A DNA stretch of 64,000 bases from Oceanispirochaeta sp. (GTDB lineage: Bacteria; Spirochaetota; Spirochaetia; DSM-2461): the NCBI GenBank assembly GCA_963663385.2, contig CAXXXD010000002.1, positions 544,001 through 608,000 on the forward strand, in the 5' to 3' direction. A program made the translations under genes and the position numbers. Shown here one piece after another: positions 1 through 9,713 of the stretch (within the stretch, counting starts at the first letter, position 1; every line of letters begins with the position of its first letter). The notes beneath the pieces are model-generated. The model searched no databases. It saw only the letters and a program-made list of their open reading frames with translations, and had not been told where the DNA came from.

Positions 1-1407
1 AAACCGTTCATCCGCGGGGATCTCTGCCACCTGATTCCATCTGATATGCCGGGAGGAACCGTTCAGAATATTCTCGGCGATAAACCCGGCGATATTGACA
101 GGGTCTTTGGCGGACGAGAAGGGAGGCGCGTAGGCGTGTTCAATCTCCTGCAGATCGTCTATTGTACCGGCATTTCCGAGAATAACCGCAAAAAGGTCTA
201 TCCGTTTGTCCACGCCGTCGTAACCGACAATCTGGGCGCCAAGGAGTTTTCTCTCCTTATTAAAGATAATTTTTATGGTCATGGGATTGGCATCGGGGTA
301 GTAGCCGGCATGGCTTCCTGCATGCATTACCAGGGTTTCATACTCCTTCCCCGCTCTCTGGAGCTGTTTTTCCGAAAGACCCGTTGAGGCAACAGTCAGG
401 TCGAAGACCTTGGCGATCCCCGTGGCGATGGTTCCCCGGTATATCCGTTTGTCCCCGTTTATAATGTTGTCGGCCACAATCCGGCCCTGTTTATTGGCCG
501 GTCCGGCCAGGGGCACTTTAAGGGCATCACCCGTAATGGGATTGGGGAATTCAGTGGCATCTCCCAGGGCATAGATGTCCTTATCGCTGGTCCGCAGCCG
601 GGGATCGATCACAATCGCCCCGGTGGAGCCGATTTCCAGGTCAGCCTCTTTTGCCAGCTTGATATCCGGCTTCACGCCGATGGAGAGGATCACCAGATCC
701 GCTTCTATCTCCCGGCCGCTCTGCAGGGCTATATTGACACCGTCGGCTGTATCTTTAAAAGAGGATACCCCGTCTTTCAGATAGAACTCCACACCCTTGA
801 CCTTCAGGTGCTGGTGTACTTCCGCGGCCATCTCGTAGTCCAGGATATTCATAACCTGATCCGCCGCTTCCACAATGGTAACAAAGACACCCAGATGGTG
901 AAGATTTTCCGCCATTTCCAGCCCGATAAATCCGGCTCCGATAATAACGGCCCGCCGGGGTTTCTTTTCTTCGATAAAAGACTTGATCCGGTCCGTATCG
1001 GGAACATTCCTCAGGGTAAAGATCTTATCCGAGCTGATACCGGGGATACCGGGACGGAGAGGCTCTGCTCCGGGGGAGAGGACCAGTTTGTCGTAGGAGT
1101 CTTCAAATTCCTCACCTGTTTCCAGATTTTTTACGGATAAAGATTTTCTGTCCCTGTTGATAGCGGTCACTTCGTGCAGGACTTTGACATCCACATTAAG
1201 GAGACCCTTGAAGCTCTCGGGAGTCTGAACAAAAAGCCTGTCCCTTTCGGGGATAGTCCCTCCGATATAGTAGGGGAGGCCGCAGTTGGCATAACTGATA
1301 TATTCGCCTCTTTCATAAATGGTAATATCCGCTTTTTCATCCAGCCGTCTCAGTCTGGCCGCTGTGGTGGCGCCGCCGGCTACACCGCCTATAATCAGTA
1401 CTTTCAT
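1..1407 (-). CDS. CoA-disulfide reductase / FAD-dependent pyridine nucleotide-disulfide oxidoreductase (3' end runs off the window)
   Basis: Not in the ORF track. Manual translation gives MKVLIIGGVAGGATTAARLRRLDE...SYANCGLPYYIG...HAYAPPFSSAKDPVNIAG, with a GGAGG RBS upstream of the ATG at 1407. Confidence 0.9.
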   Translation of the reverse strand, partial: MKVLIIGGVAGGATTAARLRRLDEKADITIYERGEYISYANCGLPYYIGGTIPERDRLFVQTPESFKGLLNVDVKVLHEVTAINRDRKSLSVKNLETGEEFEDSYDKLVLSPGAEPLRPGIPGISSDKIFTLRNVPDTDRIKSFIEEKKPRRAVIIGAGFIGLEMAENLHHLGVFVTIVEAADQVMNILDYEMAAEVHQHLKVKGVEFYLKDGVSSFKDTADGVNIALQSGREIEADLVILSIGVKPDIKLAKEADLEIGSTGAIVIDPRLRTSDKDIYALGDATEFPNPITGDALKVPLAGPANKQGRIVADNIINGDKRIYRGTIATGIAKVFDLTVASTGLSEKQLQRAGKEYETLVMHAGSHAGYYPDANPMTIKIIFNKERKLLGAQIVGYDGVDKRIDLFAVILGNAGTIDDLQEIEHAYAPPFSSAKDPVNIAGFIAENILNGSSRHIRWNQVAEIPADERF

Positions 1408-1572
1408 CGATAAGCCTCCCTGGTATCGAAATAATTCTAAAATCAAGAAAAATATATAGATAATAATTTAATTATATTGAAAATGCTATATAAGTCAATG
1501 TTTATCTTCATATTATGGAATCCATTATTTCCTTAATATCGTTACATCAGGAGATAAATGCTTACTCAAAGA

Positions 1573-2361
1573 TTAAATCAGATTCAGATCGTTGGCAAAT
1601 TTAAGGGCTTCCGCTGTATTGGAGGTTTGAGTTTTGGCAAGAATTTTCTGTCTGTGATTATTCACGGTACAGACACTGATTCCCAGGTAATCTGCTATAT
1701 CCCTGCTAGGATAACCACGGGAAATAAATCCGAGAATTTCCAGTTCCCGGGGTGTTAAAGGTGAATCTGCCTTAGCTTCTTCTGGTGCAAAGAGAACACG
1801 TTTTCCCGTATCCATATCTTCCATATACCGTCTGGCTGGAACATTCATATCACTGAGAGGAGATACATCTGTTACTATCAGGACCAGCCAGATGTTTCCC
1901 CGCTGATCGAGTTCCAGGATGACAAGCTGTTGGATGAGCCTGATCCAGGTGTTATCTGCCCGCCTGATCCGAAAATCCACACAGGTTTTATAACGCTGTC
2001 GATCCTTAACCGGTTGTGCAGATAAAAAACGGAAGGCAGAACTGCTTGTCTGCTGGAAACAGGCAATATCGTAAGAATTCATTAATTCAAGAAAGAAGTC
2101 GATTCCGGCTTTTTGAGCATCCTCCGGATTAAACCCCAACAGGAAGCGGAAACGGCTGGTGAGGAAAGGGTAGCTCATTGTCGACATATCAAACAGGGCT
2201 GCTGAACTCCCGTCAATTCTGTCCAGGCTCTTTAAAAGAGGCAGGTGATTGTTCAGGATGAATGGATCGGTATACAGAGGATCAATTCTGTACTTTTCCA
2301 GAGTCTTTCTATATTCAAAAGGCGTCATATCACTTCCAGAAGAATGATGATTTATCATCAT
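1573..2361 (-). CDS. PAS-like sensor + LuxR-family HTH transcriptional regulator
   Basis: C-terminal LTPRELEILGFISRGYPSRDIADYLGISVCTVNNHRQKI; PAS-like DFRIRRADNTWIRL. Confidence 0.9.
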   Translation of the reverse strand: MMINHHSSGSDMTPFEYRKTLEKYRIDPLYTDPFILNNHLPLLKSLDRIDGSSAALFDMSTMSYPFLTSRFRFLLGFNPEDAQKAGIDFFLELMNSYDIACFQQTSSSAFRFLSAQPVKDRQRYKTCVDFRIRRADNTWIRLIQQLVILELDQRGNIWLVLIVTDVSPLSDMNVPARRYMEDMDTGKRVLFAPEEAKADSPLTPRELEILGFISRGYPSRDIADYLGISVCTVNNHRQKILAKTQTSNTAEALKFANDLNLI

Positions 2362-2422
2362 ACCAATGTTCTCTTTTTCAGTCTATTTTTTTATGTATAC
2401 CAATACCTTTAGGAGTTATTAT

Positions 2423-2866
2423 ATGAATAAAGATTTTAAAACCCTACAACTGTTTTACAGTGCAGCTCTTTCAGATGCCGCTTTTCACTATGGGGAACAC
2501 CGGATATTTGATGATGTGACTGAAAAAAAACGAATCAGTCAGAACTATATGGCAGAAACACAACTGAGAAATCTGAACATCTCCAGCCTGGAGGAGCTTT
2601 ATCAGCGGTTTAGTGAGATCTTCGGCTGTGCGGAATGGAATACTGATACCGAGGGGGATTCTGTTGCTGCAGAGAGTGCATCCTGTATGCTGTGCGGAAT
2701 TGCCAGAAAGCAGGGGGCGCCTCAGCCCTGTAGGCCCTTCTGTATCAACCCCTTTACCTCATATGCACAAGCATTGGGATATTCTCTGGACGTTAAGGAG
2801 ACTCTTTGGGATGGTGAGCGCTGTCTTTTTGTCAGCCGGAAGAGGAGCGAGGATCGTGAAGGCTGA
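2423..2866 (+). CDS. Small Cys-rich protein, V4R / ATC-hydrolase-like fold
   Basis: AGGAG RBS before ATG 2423; CMLC...PCRPFCINP...ETLWDGERCLF pattern. Confidence 0.6.
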   Translation: MNKDFKTLQLFYSAALSDAAFHYGEHRIFDDVTEKKRISQNYMAETQLRNLNISSLEELYQRFSEIFGCAEWNTDTEGDSVAAESASCMLCGIARKQGAPQPCRPFCINPFTSYAQALGYSLDVKETLWDGERCLFVSRKRSEDREG

Positions 2867-2882
2867 AAGCAGGAGGATAAAA

Positions 2883-3950
2883 ATGATATGCAGTACTCTT
2901 GCCGTTCTGGTTCTGATTGGATTTTTATGGCTTCTGAATCTGTCCTATACACCAGCCATCAAAGGGGAGGAGGGTGGTATTGCCTTATGGGAAAAGGTTG
3001 AAATAGGGGGCGTCGGGCAGTGGATACTTATTCGCCGATCCGGGAGGGATAAACCGGTTCTGCTCTTTCTCCATGGGGGAGCCGGGTCCCCCGAAACGGG
3101 GCTGTTGAGACGGTATAATGCCGATCTTGAAAATCACTTTACCCTGGTTGTCTGGGAACAGCGCGGTGCAGGAAAAAGTTGTACTCGAGAGGCGGTTCAA
3201 TCTGAATTCAGTGTAGACCGTTTTGTAAAGGATACCCTGGAATTGACAGCTTATCTGAGGAAACGTTTTGGTCAGGATAAAATCTATCTTGTGGCGCACT
3301 CCTGGGGGACTATTCCCGGTATGCTGGCTTTGAAGGTTCATCCGGAATATTACGCAGGATATGTTGGTATGGGGCAATTCAGCAACGCCCCGGTAGGTGA
3401 GCGTCTATCCTATGAGTATGTGTTAAGGGAAGCTGAAAATCAGAGGAACACTAAAGCTCTTGATGAATTGAAATCAATTGGTGTGCCCGATGAGTCAGGA
3501 CAGTATAGGGGCGGGATAGGGTCTACAACGGTTCAGCGAAAGTGGCTTGCCGCATTTGGGGGGTTCTATCGCAGTGAAACCAGTCTTTTCCCCCTGTTTA
3601 TGAAAAATATTTTTGTACCTGAATATTCCATAACTGATGCTTTTCGTTTTGTAAGAGGGATGATGCTGAAAAAAAAGAATATCATGATGGAGAACGAAGT
3701 ATTTCATACGAACCTTTCTAATCAGGTTCGGCAGGTGGATGTTCCGGTTTTCTTTCTGCTGGGGCGTTATGATTACAATTGCCCTTCCATTCTGGCAGAG
3801 GAGTATTTTAATGAGCTGCTTGCCCCGAAAAAGCAACTGATCTGGTTTGAGAATTCCGCCCATTCTCCCTGTTTTGAAGAACCGGAAAAATTCAATCGTT
3901 TTATGGCTTCTTTACCGGAGTGTATCGAGAGGTCCTCTTTTCGCGAGTAA
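2883..3950 (+). CDS. Membrane-anchored alpha/beta hydrolase (proline iminopeptidase-like)
   Basis: AGGAGG RBS before ATG 2883; N-terminal TM segment; FLHGGAG, AHSWG nucleophile elbow, FENSAH. Confidence 0.85.
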   Translation: MICSTLAVLVLIGFLWLLNLSYTPAIKGEEGGIALWEKVEIGGVGQWILIRRSGRDKPVLLFLHGGAGSPETGLLRRYNADLENHFTLVVWEQRGAGKSCTREAVQSEFSVDRFVKDTLELTAYLRKRFGQDKIYLVAHSWGTIPGMLALKVHPEYYAGYVGMGQFSNAPVGERLSYEYVLREAENQRNTKALDELKSIGVPDESGQYRGGIGSTTVQRKWLAAFGGFYRSETSLFPLFMKNIFVPEYSITDAFRFVRGMMLKKKNIMMENEVFHTNLSNQVRQVDVPVFFLLGRYDYNCPSILAEEYFNELLAPKKQLIWFENSAHSPCFEEPEKFNRFMASLPECIERSSFRE

Positions 3951-4066
3951 AATAGGTTTACTTAATCAATTTGTAACAAATGTTTACTGAATACTGGTGA
4001 ATTATCTGTATAATAAAAAAGACGGGAGAAGTGACAGATTCCGATTCCTTCCGTGTTAAGTAGTAA

Positions 4067-6595
4067 ATGAAAAAAGGAAATTCAGTGAACATACATATAC
4101 AAACCAAAGGAATTCTCGGTCTTCTCCTGTTATTTCTGTCTGCAATTCTCCCGGCGGAGGATATAGGGATTACTGTCAGTGACAGGGATCTGGAAATCCC
4201 TCTGGAAGGAGCCATGATTCAGCTGGTAGGCGAAGGGGCGCCGGTTTACACAGGAATGGACGGATCGGCTGTGATAGCTGTTTCAGAAAGTATGGAAAGG
4301 GTTGTTCTGCTGATATCCTATCCGGGGTATGAAGGGATCCGTCTTCCTGTTGCTTCCGGCGAAACCGAGCTGGATGTCACCATGATCCTGTCCGGATTTA
4401 TCGAAGGAGAGGAGCTGGTTGTGGAACGCTCCGCTCCGGGCGAGAGCGATGAGGAAGTGGGGGTTTCGGTTGTCATGGACCGGGAGGAGATGAGCACCAC
4501 AGCCAATATCGGGATTGTAGAGGATGTAATGTCCTCCATTAAAACCCTCCCGGGTGTGGGCTATACCTCCGGTTGGGATGCGCAGCCCTCTATCAGGGGC
4601 GGTTACCCCGATGAACTGGCCGCAACCCTGGACGGCTTCTATGTTACCTACCCCTTTCATTGGGGAGGCGCCTACTCCATTTTCAATCCCAATATGGTGG
4701 ATACCGCCAAACTCTCCCACGGGATTTACTCGGCCCGGTACGGAAGGGCCATGTCGGCGCTGCTGGAGATCAGTACGAAAACCCCGGATGAACCGGAACT
4801 GCGGATTGACGGCGCCTTTACCACGACATCTACGGATCTGTTTATGCGTTCACCTCTGGGCAGTTCCTCCGGACTTTTTCTGGGAGGAAAGGTTACCTAC
4901 ATGGATACTCTCAAATGGGCCTTCCCGGGTGAAACGGAAGATATGGTTACCATGCCCTATATCCGGGATCTGTACGGAAAGTACTACTGGCAGCCTACAA
5001 CCTCCGTTAATCTCTCTTTAAACGGTTTTCTGGGAACCGACGGGATCGGCGTGGACACAGGTGTGGAGGAAGACGGTTTTTCCACGGATGTTTTTTTCGA
5101 TTACGACTATATCAACTCCTTTGTTTCGGGCAGCGTGGAATGGTCCCCTACGGACAAACTGTTTATTGATATGCTGGGCGGGTACAACTGGAATATTATG
5201 AATATGGAGTATGACGTTACTAACAACGGATCCCGTGAGTACAGCGAGGTGTTTCTGGAAGAGTACGGGGAACTCCTCGGATTGAGCGAGGGTGACACCT
5301 ACTCCATCGACGGTCTGCGGGATTACGGTACTTCCGATACGGACCTGCGGCAGGCCCAGTTCAAGCTGTCAGCGGAGAACCTGGTTAAGGATGGGGAGAT
5401 ACTTGCCCTGGGGACGGAGGAAGTCTTTAAACAGACCAGTCAGAAGACGGATTTTACGGGCTGGTACAGCATGTATGACGGAACTTCCTTTGAACTGGAT
5501 CAGAAGTCTTTCAGTACGAAAGTGGACGATAACTACTCCCTTAATTCCTCCCTGTTCCTCCTCTGGGAGCATGGGGGGGATCACTCCCGTATAAACAGCG
5601 AACTGGGGGTCCGTGGGGAGCACTACTATATCTGGAATGATGACTTCAGTATGCACGCCAAACCGGTGATAAATCCCCGGGCCAGCCTGACCTGGACCGC
5701 CCTGGAGGACGGACGTTGGCTGGATGAGCTGAACCTTTCCTGCGGATCAGGCGTTTTCTCCTTCTTCCCCCTTAATACGGAGCTGCTGGAAGAGCGGTAC
5801 GGGATCGATGACTGGACGGTAAATCCCGATCAGGCCCTTTTCAATGTGGTGGGCGCGGAGCTGCTGCGGGAAGACTGGAAGGTATCCTTCGAAACCTATT
5901 ACAAACACTACCTTAACCGCCTGGTCCTTACCACGGAGGAGGATGACGCCGGAGAATCCCAGCTCTTCTACAATACGAAGGGGAAGGGATATGCCGCCGG
6001 TTTCGATATAATGCTTCAGAAAAAATCCGGACGGAAGTGGGACGGGTACCTGACCTATTCCTTTATTTACGCGCGCTTCTACAATCCCTCCAATACGGGA
6101 ACGAAGGAGGAGGCGGAAGACTCCTTTACCAATAGCGGAGAGCCCCTGGATCAGTGGTTCTACCCCTATTATCACCGCTTTCATAACCTTAACCTGGTAT
6201 TCAACTGGCATTTCAGGCCGGGGTGGACCTTCTCGGTTATCGGTTCCCTGGCCAGCGGAGCGCCCCGGGACAAGGTGGGGGATATCACAATGTACCCGGC
6301 CATCTACGAGGGAACGCCTATCGAACAGTATGCCCGGACAGCTTCCTATTCGGACAGCCTTCGGGATGAAATTTCCGCTCCCGTTGATATAAAGGTATCC
6401 TACGGCCACTATAAGGAAGGATCCAAAGTGTACTGGGAGTGGTATGTTGCTCTGGAGGATATCCTCTCCAATGTGTACTCTCCGGGAACCAACTCCACCT
6501 TCAACTCCTATACGGGAGAGGAAAACAAGGATACTTCCGCCGATTTTGACCTGGGATTTCCCATACCTTCCTTCGGGATCAAGGTCAGTTACTAG
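4067..6595 (+). CDS. TonB-dependent outer-membrane receptor
   Basis: Signal peptide; plug motifs (IKTLPGV, SIRGG, YSARYGRAMSA); beta-barrel-like C-terminus ending in an aromatic residue; adjacent exbBD/tonB. Confidence 0.85.
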   Translation: MKKGNSVNIHIQTKGILGLLLLFLSAILPAEDIGITVSDRDLEIPLEGAMIQLVGEGAPVYTGMDGSAVIAVSESMERVVLLISYPGYEGIRLPVASGETELDVTMILSGFIEGEELVVERSAPGESDEEVGVSVVMDREEMSTTANIGIVEDVMSSIKTLPGVGYTSGWDAQPSIRGGYPDELAATLDGFYVTYPFHWGGAYSIFNPNMVDTAKLSHGIYSARYGRAMSALLEISTKTPDEPELRIDGAFTTTSTDLFMRSPLGSSSGLFLGGKVTYMDTLKWAFPGETEDMVTMPYIRDLYGKYYWQPTTSVNLSLNGFLGTDGIGVDTGVEEDGFSTDVFFDYDYINSFVSGSVEWSPTDKLFIDMLGGYNWNIMNMEYDVTNNGSREYSEVFLEEYGELLGLSEGDTYSIDGLRDYGTSDTDLRQAQFKLSAENLVKDGEILALGTEEVFKQTSQKTDFTGWYSMYDGTSFELDQKSFSTKVDDNYSLNSSLFLLWEHGGDHSRINSELGVRGEHYYIWNDDFSMHAKPVINPRASLTWTALEDGRWLDELNLSCGSGVFSFFPLNTELLEERYGIDDWTVNPDQALFNVVGAELLREDWKVSFETYYKHYLNRLVLTTEEDDAGESQLFYNTKGKGYAAGFDIMLQKKSGRKWDGYLTYSFIYARFYNPSNTGTKEEAEDSFTNSGEPLDQWFYPYYHRFHNLNLVFNWHFRPGWTFSVIGSLASGAPRDKVGDITMYPAIYEGTPIEQYARTASYSDSLRDEISAPVDIKVSYGHYKEGSKVYWEWYVALEDILSNVYSPGTNSTFNSYTGEENKDTSADFDLGFPIPSFGIKVSY

Positions 6596-6607
6596 GAGCG
6601 GTACGGA

Positions 6608-7486
6608 ATGAATACTACAAGGACAAGTATGAACAGAATAAAAGGTGTTTTACTACTGGCGGCTGCTGCCGCCCTTTTCTCCTGTGCCACAGGACAGGAT
6701 GTCCGTGTCTGGGAAGGGAGGATGGAAAACTACGGCTCCTATCCCCATGAGTGGGTTCTGAGCTGCAATGAAGCGGGACAGGCCTCCTTTTCCCTGCCCT
6801 ACGGCGAGGGAATCCGCATTACCGGGGAGGCTTTCCCGAGGGACGGAGGTCAGTGGATCTTTCATATGGACTATCTGGAGTGGTTTTCCAACTGGCACAG
6901 AGGCTGGACGGAAGCCCGGTTCGGTATGACCGGCAGCCTGCTGCTCATTCCAGACGGACAGGAGTGGCGGATGGAAATACAGGAACCTCCGGAAATCGAT
7001 TCGGTTCTGGAAGGGCAGATCAGGTACAGGGAAAACAGGTATTACGGCGACCGGTCCAGGGATATGGTCAGCAGGCGATGGGCCCGGATTTCCGCGGCGG
7101 CCCCGTTTATCCGGGAAGAGCTGGATATGGGCGCCTATAAGTTCTCCCATAAAAAGAAAGGGTTCTACTCGAAGGAATTCCTGCGGGATCTGGAATCCCT
7201 CCTCTTTCCCGAACTCTACGGATTTTCTGAAAAATGCCCCGAGCCGGATGGCGAGGTTTCTGCCCGGGATGAACGGTATGTACGGGGAGAGAATGTCCGC
7301 TGGGACACCCTGTACAGCAGAACATACCTGCCCGGAGAGCTGCAGCCCCTCCGGGATTCGGGAACCCTTCTGCGGGATTACGAAGAGGGGGCCGGCCTGT
7401 TTGTGATGGCCCTTACCTGGAATCTTCTGTGGGATGAGATGATTCCCGCTTCACATATTGTACGGATAAGCGAAGGAGCTGAATAA
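6608..7486 (+). CDS. Hypothetical lipoprotein
   Basis: Lipobox LLAAAAALFSC; Trp-rich; tightly coupled within the TonB operon. Confidence 0.75.
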   Translation: MNTTRTSMNRIKGVLLLAAAAALFSCATGQDVRVWEGRMENYGSYPHEWVLSCNEAGQASFSLPYGEGIRITGEAFPRDGGQWIFHMDYLEWFSNWHRGWTEARFGMTGSLLLIPDGQEWRMEIQEPPEIDSVLEGQIRYRENRYYGDRSRDMVSRRWARISAAAPFIREELDMGAYKFSHKKKGFYSKEFLRDLESLLFPELYGFSEKCPEPDGEVSARDERYVRGENVRWDTLYSRTYLPGELQPLRDSGTLLRDYEEGAGLFVMALTWNLLWDEMIPASHIVRISEGAE

Positions 7487-8178
7487 TGACAGAACAGTGG
7501 AGTCTGATACGATTTTTTGAGATGGGCGGCGTTTTTATGTGGCCGCTCCTGGTGTTTTCCATCCTGACGGTCGGTTTGATACTGGAACGGGTGCTTTATC
7601 TGCTGATTCACGATCTGAGAGCGGAACGGGTCCGGAGAGAACTTATGCCCTATATTGAAGACGGTCATATCAGGCAGGCCGAAGAGTTTCTGAACGGGTT
7701 GAAACCCCGGAATGTCTCCGGCCGGATCCTCCGGGAGATCATGAAGAACGCCCCTTACGGGGAACACCGGATGGAGAAGGCTGTGGAGGCGGAAGGGCAG
7801 GAGCAGATCCGCCGCCTGGAAAACGGCTTCAACTTTCTCTCGGCTCTGGCTTCCATCTCTCCCCTGACGGGATTCCTGGGAACTGTTTCGGGTATGATCG
7901 GTGCTTTCCGCTCCATTGCCGAGGCGGCGGATGTAAACGCTCAGCTGGTAGCCAATGGGATATATGAGGCTCTTCTGACAACCGTCTTCGGTCTGATCAT
8001 CGCGATTATCGCCCTGGTGGGATACAATATCCTGGCCCACCGGGTCGATACCTTTGCCGCGGATATTACCAAGGTCTCCAGCGATATGGTGGCTGCCCTG
8101 AGTATCCGGGCGGAGGAGCTGAAGGACAGGGCTCCCCTTTCTACCCCCAAACCGGAATTCCGGGAAACTACAGCGTGA
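7486..8178 (+). CDS. exbB: MotA/TolQ/ExbB proton channel protein
   Basis: ISPLTGFLGTVSGMIGAF...GIYEALLTTVFGL. Confidence 0.92.
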   Translation: MTEQWSLIRFFEMGGVFMWPLLVFSILTVGLILERVLYLLIHDLRAERVRRELMPYIEDGHIRQAEEFLNGLKPRNVSGRILREIMKNAPYGEHRMEKAVEAEGQEQIRRLENGFNFLSALASISPLTGFLGTVSGMIGAFRSIAEAADVNAQLVANGIYEALLTTVFGLIIAIIALVGYNILAHRVDTFAADITKVSSDMVAALSIRAEELKDRAPLSTPKPEFRETTA

Positions 8179-8597
8179 AACTGAAGAAGTTCTTTACCCA
8201 TAAGGCGGATGATCCCATGGGGGCTCTCAATGACTTGAGTTTCCTTCTGATTATCTACTTTCTGGTGATTGCCGGATTCAATACCAATATGGGGTTTCTT
8301 CTCAATCTCCCTTCAAAAGAGAAGCCCCGGATTGTGCAGAAGGAGGACCTGCTGAAGCTCAATCTGACCGCATCGGGGGATCTGCTTTTTCTGGATGAAC
8401 CCCTGAATGAAGATGCTCTGGATGAACTTCTCAAGGAGAACCTGAAGGTTCATCCCAACCTGACGGTGGCCCTTTCCATTCATCCCGATGTTCCCTATCA
8501 GAGGTTTGTGGATACCCTCCATATTATTAGAGTGCAGAAAGTGGAGAACTTTTCGTTTATTATGCAGGAGAGTTCAGGGGAGGGGGGTACTTTATGA
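8175..8597 (+). CDS. exbD: ExbD/TolR family protein
   Basis: LNDLSFLLIIYFLV TM segment with the conserved Asp. Confidence 0.88.
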   Translation: MKLKKFFTHKADDPMGALNDLSFLLIIYFLVIAGFNTNMGFLLNLPSKEKPRIVQKEDLLKLNLTASGDLLFLDEPLNEDALDELLKENLKVHPNLTVALSIHPDVPYQRFVDTLHIIRVQKVENFSFIMQESSGEGGTL

Positions 8598-8998
8598 TCA
8601 GTCTGAAAAGCAAACGCCGCCCCCCTTCGGCCCCCCTTTCGGCCATGTCGGATATCGGCTTTCTCCTCCTTATTTTTATTATGCTCCTCTCCCTGATCAA
8701 CTACCGGAAGGAAGAGAAGATCGAGTACCCCGAAGCAAAGCAGGTGGAGCGGACCGAGGCGGAGCATCAGCTGGAGATCTGGATCAGCCGGGAGGGCGCT
8801 GTTACGGTAGAGGGGCATAATCTGAACGCGAAAGAGCTGGAACTGCTTATTACCGAGGCCTTTGTGGAGCACCCCGACCTCAGAATCCATATACTGGCAG
8901 ACAGGGGAACCCCCTACCGTCATGTGGACGGGGTTGTGACGATTCTGCAGCTGCTGCAGCATCGTGTGGTGAGTTTTGTGGTAAAGGAGGATCTGTAA
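8594..8998 (+). CDS. exbD: ExbD/TolR family protein (second copy)
   Basis: MSDIGFLLLIFIM; ILADRGTPY. Confidence 0.88.
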   Translation: MISLKSKRRPPSAPLSAMSDIGFLLLIFIMLLSLINYRKEEKIEYPEAKQVERTEAEHQLEIWISREGAVTVEGHNLNAKELELLITEAFVEHPDLRIHILADRGTPYRHVDGVVTILQLLQHRVVSFVVKEDL

Positions 8999-9624
8999 TG
9001 GGCGCTATGACATTCCCTCTGAACGAAGGCAGTATAACCCGCCTTATCCGATACAGTATTCTGACCCTGGCTGCGCTGGCCCATCTTTTTCTGCTTTTAT
9101 ACTTTAAATTCAATATTACCAGGGAAGCTGCTGTAGCTGAACCCGAGGCGGAAGTGATCAAACTGGTGGATTTTCAGGAGTATATCCCGCCGCCCCCTCC
9201 CAGGCCGCAGCCTAAAAAAGAGGTGATTGAGGTGAGTGATCAGCCCTCTGTGGCAGAAGAGATTATCGAAGTGGATGAGGAAGTGGTCGAAGTGGAGGAA
9301 GCCCCGCCGGTCCCCCGGGAACCGGAGTATCTGCCCCAGCACAAGATTTCCAGAATCCCGGTTATCCCGACCAAGGAAATTCTGGACCGGATCGTCTATC
9401 CGCCCATGGCCCTCCGGCAGAAACTGGAAGCCGTGGTTTATGTGGAACTCTACATTGATCAGACCGGACTGGTCCGGCAGGTTGTGGTCCTGAAGGACCC
9501 CGGGAACGGTTTTGCCGAAGCTGCACTGGATGCCCTTGAGGGACTGCAGTGCGGCCCGGCGGAAGCCAATGGAAAACCTGTGGCTGTCCGGTTCCGTTAT
9601 CCTATCCGTTTTGTGCTGGAGTGA
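8998..9624 (+). CDS. tonB: Energy transducer TonB
   Basis: TM segment with His; Pro/Glu-rich linker; YPPMA...PAEANGKPVAVRFRYPIRF C-terminal domain. Confidence 0.9.
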   Translation: MGAMTFPLNEGSITRLIRYSILTLAALAHLFLLLYFKFNITREAAVAEPEAEVIKLVDFQEYIPPPPPRPQPKKEVIEVSDQPSVAEEIIEVDEEVVEVEEAPPVPREPEYLPQHKISRIPVIPTKEILDRIVYPPMALRQKLEAVVYVELYIDQTGLVRQVVVLKDPGNGFAEAALDALEGLQCGPAEANGKPVAVRFRYPIRFVLE

Positions 9625-9713
9625 TAAAAATCACATGTCTGATGATGTATTTTTATATATAAAATTGTTCATTACCTTGCATTATCGGAATTATTTTCCT
9701 AAAATGTAAGGTA

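Noticed and set aside
46..1413. Several short plus-strand ORFs
   Set aside because: They overlap the minus-strand CoA-disulfide reductase that the ORF track missed
2613..2882. Apparent long overlap between the hydrolase and the upstream gene
   Set aside because: Artefact of an upstream start; the RBS supports ATG 2883. The same applies to the extended starts at 19870, 28844 and 35397
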